In this document: positions 29,412 through 32,000 of the stretch, piece by piece | Numbering within the stretch: the stretch's first letter is position 1 | Layout of the letters: every line of letters starts with the position of its first letter | Assembly (NCBI RefSeq): GCF_000829235.1 | Contig: NZ_AP012549.1 | Location: forward strand, 2,762,319-2,794,318 | Source of the DNA: a cyanobacterium endosymbiont of Epithemia turgida isolate EtSB Lake Yunoko | GTDB taxonomy: Bacteria > Cyanobacteriota > Cyanobacteriia > Cyanobacteriales > Microcystaceae | Length of the DNA stretch: 32,000 nucleotides | Direction: 5' to 3' | Position numbers and translations under genes: made by a program | Notes under the pieces: model-generated | The model's input: only the letters and a program-made list of their open reading frames with translations | Databases searched by the model: none | What the model was told of the DNA's origin: nothing

Positions 29412-29806
29412 TCAGTTACCAATCTTAACAAACTCTGAAGGCGAAACTGCCCTAGTAAATCGTTACTACTTACTTTACAATTAGCTGCTCAAAAGCCTAC
29501 TAGCCTTAGTCATGCCGACGCGGGTTTTCTTGATAGAAAAAGGTCTGTCGGGCGGTTTGCTATAATCTTCCTTGAGTGAATTATCCCGAACTCCTATCCA
29601 GGTATCACTGACCCATCCAGGCGTGCTGCTTAACCATCTCTACTTTCATATTAGTTAGCTAAAGGTAGGACTGTCCTCAATTGTTTAGCCGATAAAACCC
29701 AGTTTTTGTAAGTCTTATAACACTGTTTAGTTAAATTAGTATGTATTATTATAAGTGATTAGTATAATTATAACGGTAAGCAACTACTCTGAAAATAATC
29801 AGTCCC

Positions 29807-30493
29807 TTAAAAATTGAGGAGTTCTGATAACCGCCGTTGAACTTTACTAGTGTAAGGATCGCCGATCAATAATTCTGATAAAGCGCGACGGTAGTCTGCG
29901 GTCGCACAATTCCAATCTCCACGAAGATAGTAGGTATATCCCCGTTCTCCATAAATTCTTCCTTTAAGGGGTTTTCCAATCACTAAGGAAAAATCAAAGG
30001 TTTCCAAGGCTAGATCGTGCCATTCCAATTCTCGCAAGGTAATTCCTTTGTTAATCCATGCTCTTTGATTATAAGGATTTAAGTCTAAGGATATTTCGTA
30101 GTCTTCTAACGCCTTGACTAAGTTACCTAAATCAGCATGACAATTACCTCGATTATTATAGGCTTTGTCGAGGTAAGGGTTGAGGATAATAGCTTTTTCA
30201 AAGTCTTCTATAGCCCTGAAAAAGTTCCCTTGTTTACAGTACATTAACCCTCGGTTATTGTAATCCATAGCACTTTTGGGATGACGGTTAATCAATTGGT
30301 TAAGCAGAGTAATAGCACCTCGATAGTCTTCTTGTTCAGCTTTCTCTCTGATATACGCCCGTAACCCTTCGTCTGATATCTTCTGATGCTCTATTGAACA
30401 GCCTAGAATTAACGAACACCAATGACTCCCTTGAGTTTGTCTTGATGGTTCAGCTTTTTTTGAATTAGAGTTGTAAATTGTATTAATTTCCAT
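29807..30493 (-). CDS. Tetratricopeptide repeat (TPR) protein
   Basis: 228-aa ORF with several 34-aa repeats of the A..Y.N.G......G....A..D...A/S..L.P type (for example AMDYNNRGLMYCKQGNFFRAIEDFEKAIILNP). Confidence 0.8.
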   Translation of the reverse strand: MEINTIYNSNSKKAEPSRQTQGSHWCSLILGCSIEHQKISDEGLRAYIREKAEQEDYRGAITLLNQLINRHPKSAMDYNNRGLMYCKQGNFFRAIEDFEKAIILNPYLDKAYNNRGNCHADLGNLVKALEDYEISLDLNPYNQRAWINKGITLRELEWHDLALETFDFSLVIGKPLKGRIYGERGYTYYLRGDWNCATADYRRALSELLIGDPYTSKVQRRLSELLNF

Positions 30494-30843
30494 GATTTAC
30501 TCTCTTTATGTATCTTAATATTCACCGTACTCGACGATTTTTCCGATAACTAGTTACATTGTGTCAATCTAATAATTGTCTTGGATCAATAAATTAGCTA
30601 TTTCAGAATAGTAGAAAAAAACAATAACAGCTAAGAGCTAAAAGTTTTATTATATAAAACTTCCTGAATCATAAAAACTTGTTTTTAAACGGTTTAATTT
30701 TTTTAAAAAAATAAAATGCAGTCAGAATACTAATTCTTAAAGTTATTAGTGACTAATTTATCATGCCCAGCCTGAAAGAGCCAATATATTTTAAAGTAAA
30801 AGATATTTTAAAGAACTACATTAGTTTATTTTGATTATTTTAA

Positions 30844-30869
30844 AAAATCTTAAAAATTTTTAAGATTTT
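30844..30869. repeat. 26-nt perfect palindrome (AAAATCTTAAAAA|TTTTTAAGATTTT)
   Basis: Verified base by base around the centre 30856/30857. It is AT-rich, so partly expected by chance. Confidence 0.8.
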
Positions 30870-31227
30870 GGTTTATTCTGTATGTTTACAGAGAATAGAA
30901 AATAGAGAAATAATAAATTCTACACCATGTAAGATAATGTTATACTTAGTCTTCATTCATAGCATCATGAACAGCTTATGAAGAAAAGTATCAATATAAA
31001 TATTGAATAAGAGAATATTTTTTTTTGCATAGATATTCTAGTATATTTTACGTTTTTATTTAAAAAAGGAACTCACTGTTGTCTATATTCTAGTGGTAAA
31101 ATTATGTTTGGTTATTTTTTATAAAACATAAATAACTCTTGCATGAGTTTTGTTTAGCATATATTTTTACACGATACTTAGTTGCTTTTTACTTGTACAA
31201 AAGTTTTATAAACTTTATGCAAGTTAG

Positions 31228-31290
31228 TTTTCTGTTAGATTATTTTCAATAAAATATTTTTTATATTATTGAAAATAATCTAACAGAAAA
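31228..31290. repeat. Perfect 25-bp inverted repeat (hairpin) with a 13-nt loop
   Basis: TTTTCTGTTAGATTATTTTCAATAA (31228-31252) is the exact reverse complement of 31266-31290. The loop is AATATTTTTTATA. Confidence 0.95.
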
Positions 31291-31599
31291 TAGCTTTAAT
31301 TATTCTATGTAATACCATTACAATCAATATTTAAAATTATTCTTTATTAATCATAATTCTTTAATAGTCACTATTTCCATTACGCTGAAAAAATTGGTTT
31401 AGCAAAATTATAATTCCATTTTTTATAGATTTTATATATTTGCTGCAAACAATGTTATTGATTAATTTTATCTATTTTTACTTAAATTTCAATGCTTAGT
31501 GAATATCAAAACTGTTTTAACAGAAAAATTTATCTTGACTTTTTTAAAGTTTGTATAATTTTGAATTGTACTGAATCTACATGTGAAAATTAATTCCTA

Positions 31600-32000
31600 A
31601 TAATAAAGGAATAATCTAGATAAAAACAATGTCTATAAAAGCTTAGTCATCTCCAAATCTTAATTTACCTAAACTAAAAAATAATATCCATTTTTGCAAA
31701 AATTTTAGGAATTAACACTTAAACAGAGTGCATTCTCTGTAATGAGATATTTTTTTATATCAAGGATATTTTTAATAAATCTCATAAACACCAAAAAGAA
31801 GGGGTTACAAATCTAAGAAATAAAATTTTAAAATAAAGAATAATATAAAAATATTTATTGATTTTTAAACTAGTTTAAAATTAGTATTCTAGTTAGAATT
31901 AAGACTATGTAGATGGATAAATGTGGAAAGAATTGAGAGGATATTGTTGGATAGAAAAATTAAATTATATTAAAGACAATTGGGACTCAATAAGAAAATA
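31600..32000. repeat. Right copy of the large inverted repeat (partner 3629-4029), truncated by the window edge
   Basis: See the left copy: 400/401 identity in reverse complement. The mapping is position p on the left to 35629-p on the right. Confidence 0.95.

Noticed and set aside
29530-29566. Plus-strand TTGATA ... TATAAT pair in the glgB-upstream block
   Set aside because: The spacer is 25 nt, too long for a sigma70-type promoter, and no plus-strand gene lies downstream.
1-32000. Scan for tRNA/rRNA genes (T-loop GGTTCGA/GTTCAA-type motifs with flanking stems, rRNA-like conserved blocks)
   Set aside because: I found no convincing candidate. The few TTCGA/TTCAA hits lie in coding sequence or lack complementary stems.

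Overview
This window looks like chromosomal DNA from a unicellular cyanobacterium. PxcA, CrtH, cyanobacterial-type S2/EF-Ts and GlgB suggest a Cyanothece/Crocosphaera-like lineage, but that is inference only. It carries about 20 mostly solitary housekeeping genes: pxcA (partial), argC, crtH, an ABC1 kinase, rpsB-tsf, map, rnc, rlmD, an XPB-like helicase, pdxH, glgB and others. These are separated by unusually long (0.4-1.9 kb) ORF-free spacers of roughly 20 percent GC (hand count). Summing the called CDS gives only about 65 percent coding. One spacer holds a clear pseudogene, a GH13 alpha-amylase-family fragment with in-frame stops and frameshifts. Together this suggests a genome undergoing reductive erosion, for example in an obligate symbiont (inference). 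The most notable structures are as follows. (1) A near-perfect inverted repeat of at least 401 bp (3629-4029 versus 31600-32000) brackets 27.6 kb and is cut by the window edge. (2) Two ORF-free blocks have coding-like or higher GC and could be structured RNAs or recently dead genes. One lies at about 6740-7020 behind a near-consensus sigma70-type promoter, the other at about 29440-29700 directly upstream of glgB. (3) Three 81-bp tandem repeats sit inside a membrane-anchored J-domain protein gene. (4) Several long perfect hairpins and palindromes occur in the spacers. I found no rRNA, tRNA, CRISPR array, transposase, or recognisable defence or secondary-metabolite cluster. All calls come from hand reading and remembered family motifs; no database search or folding program was available.
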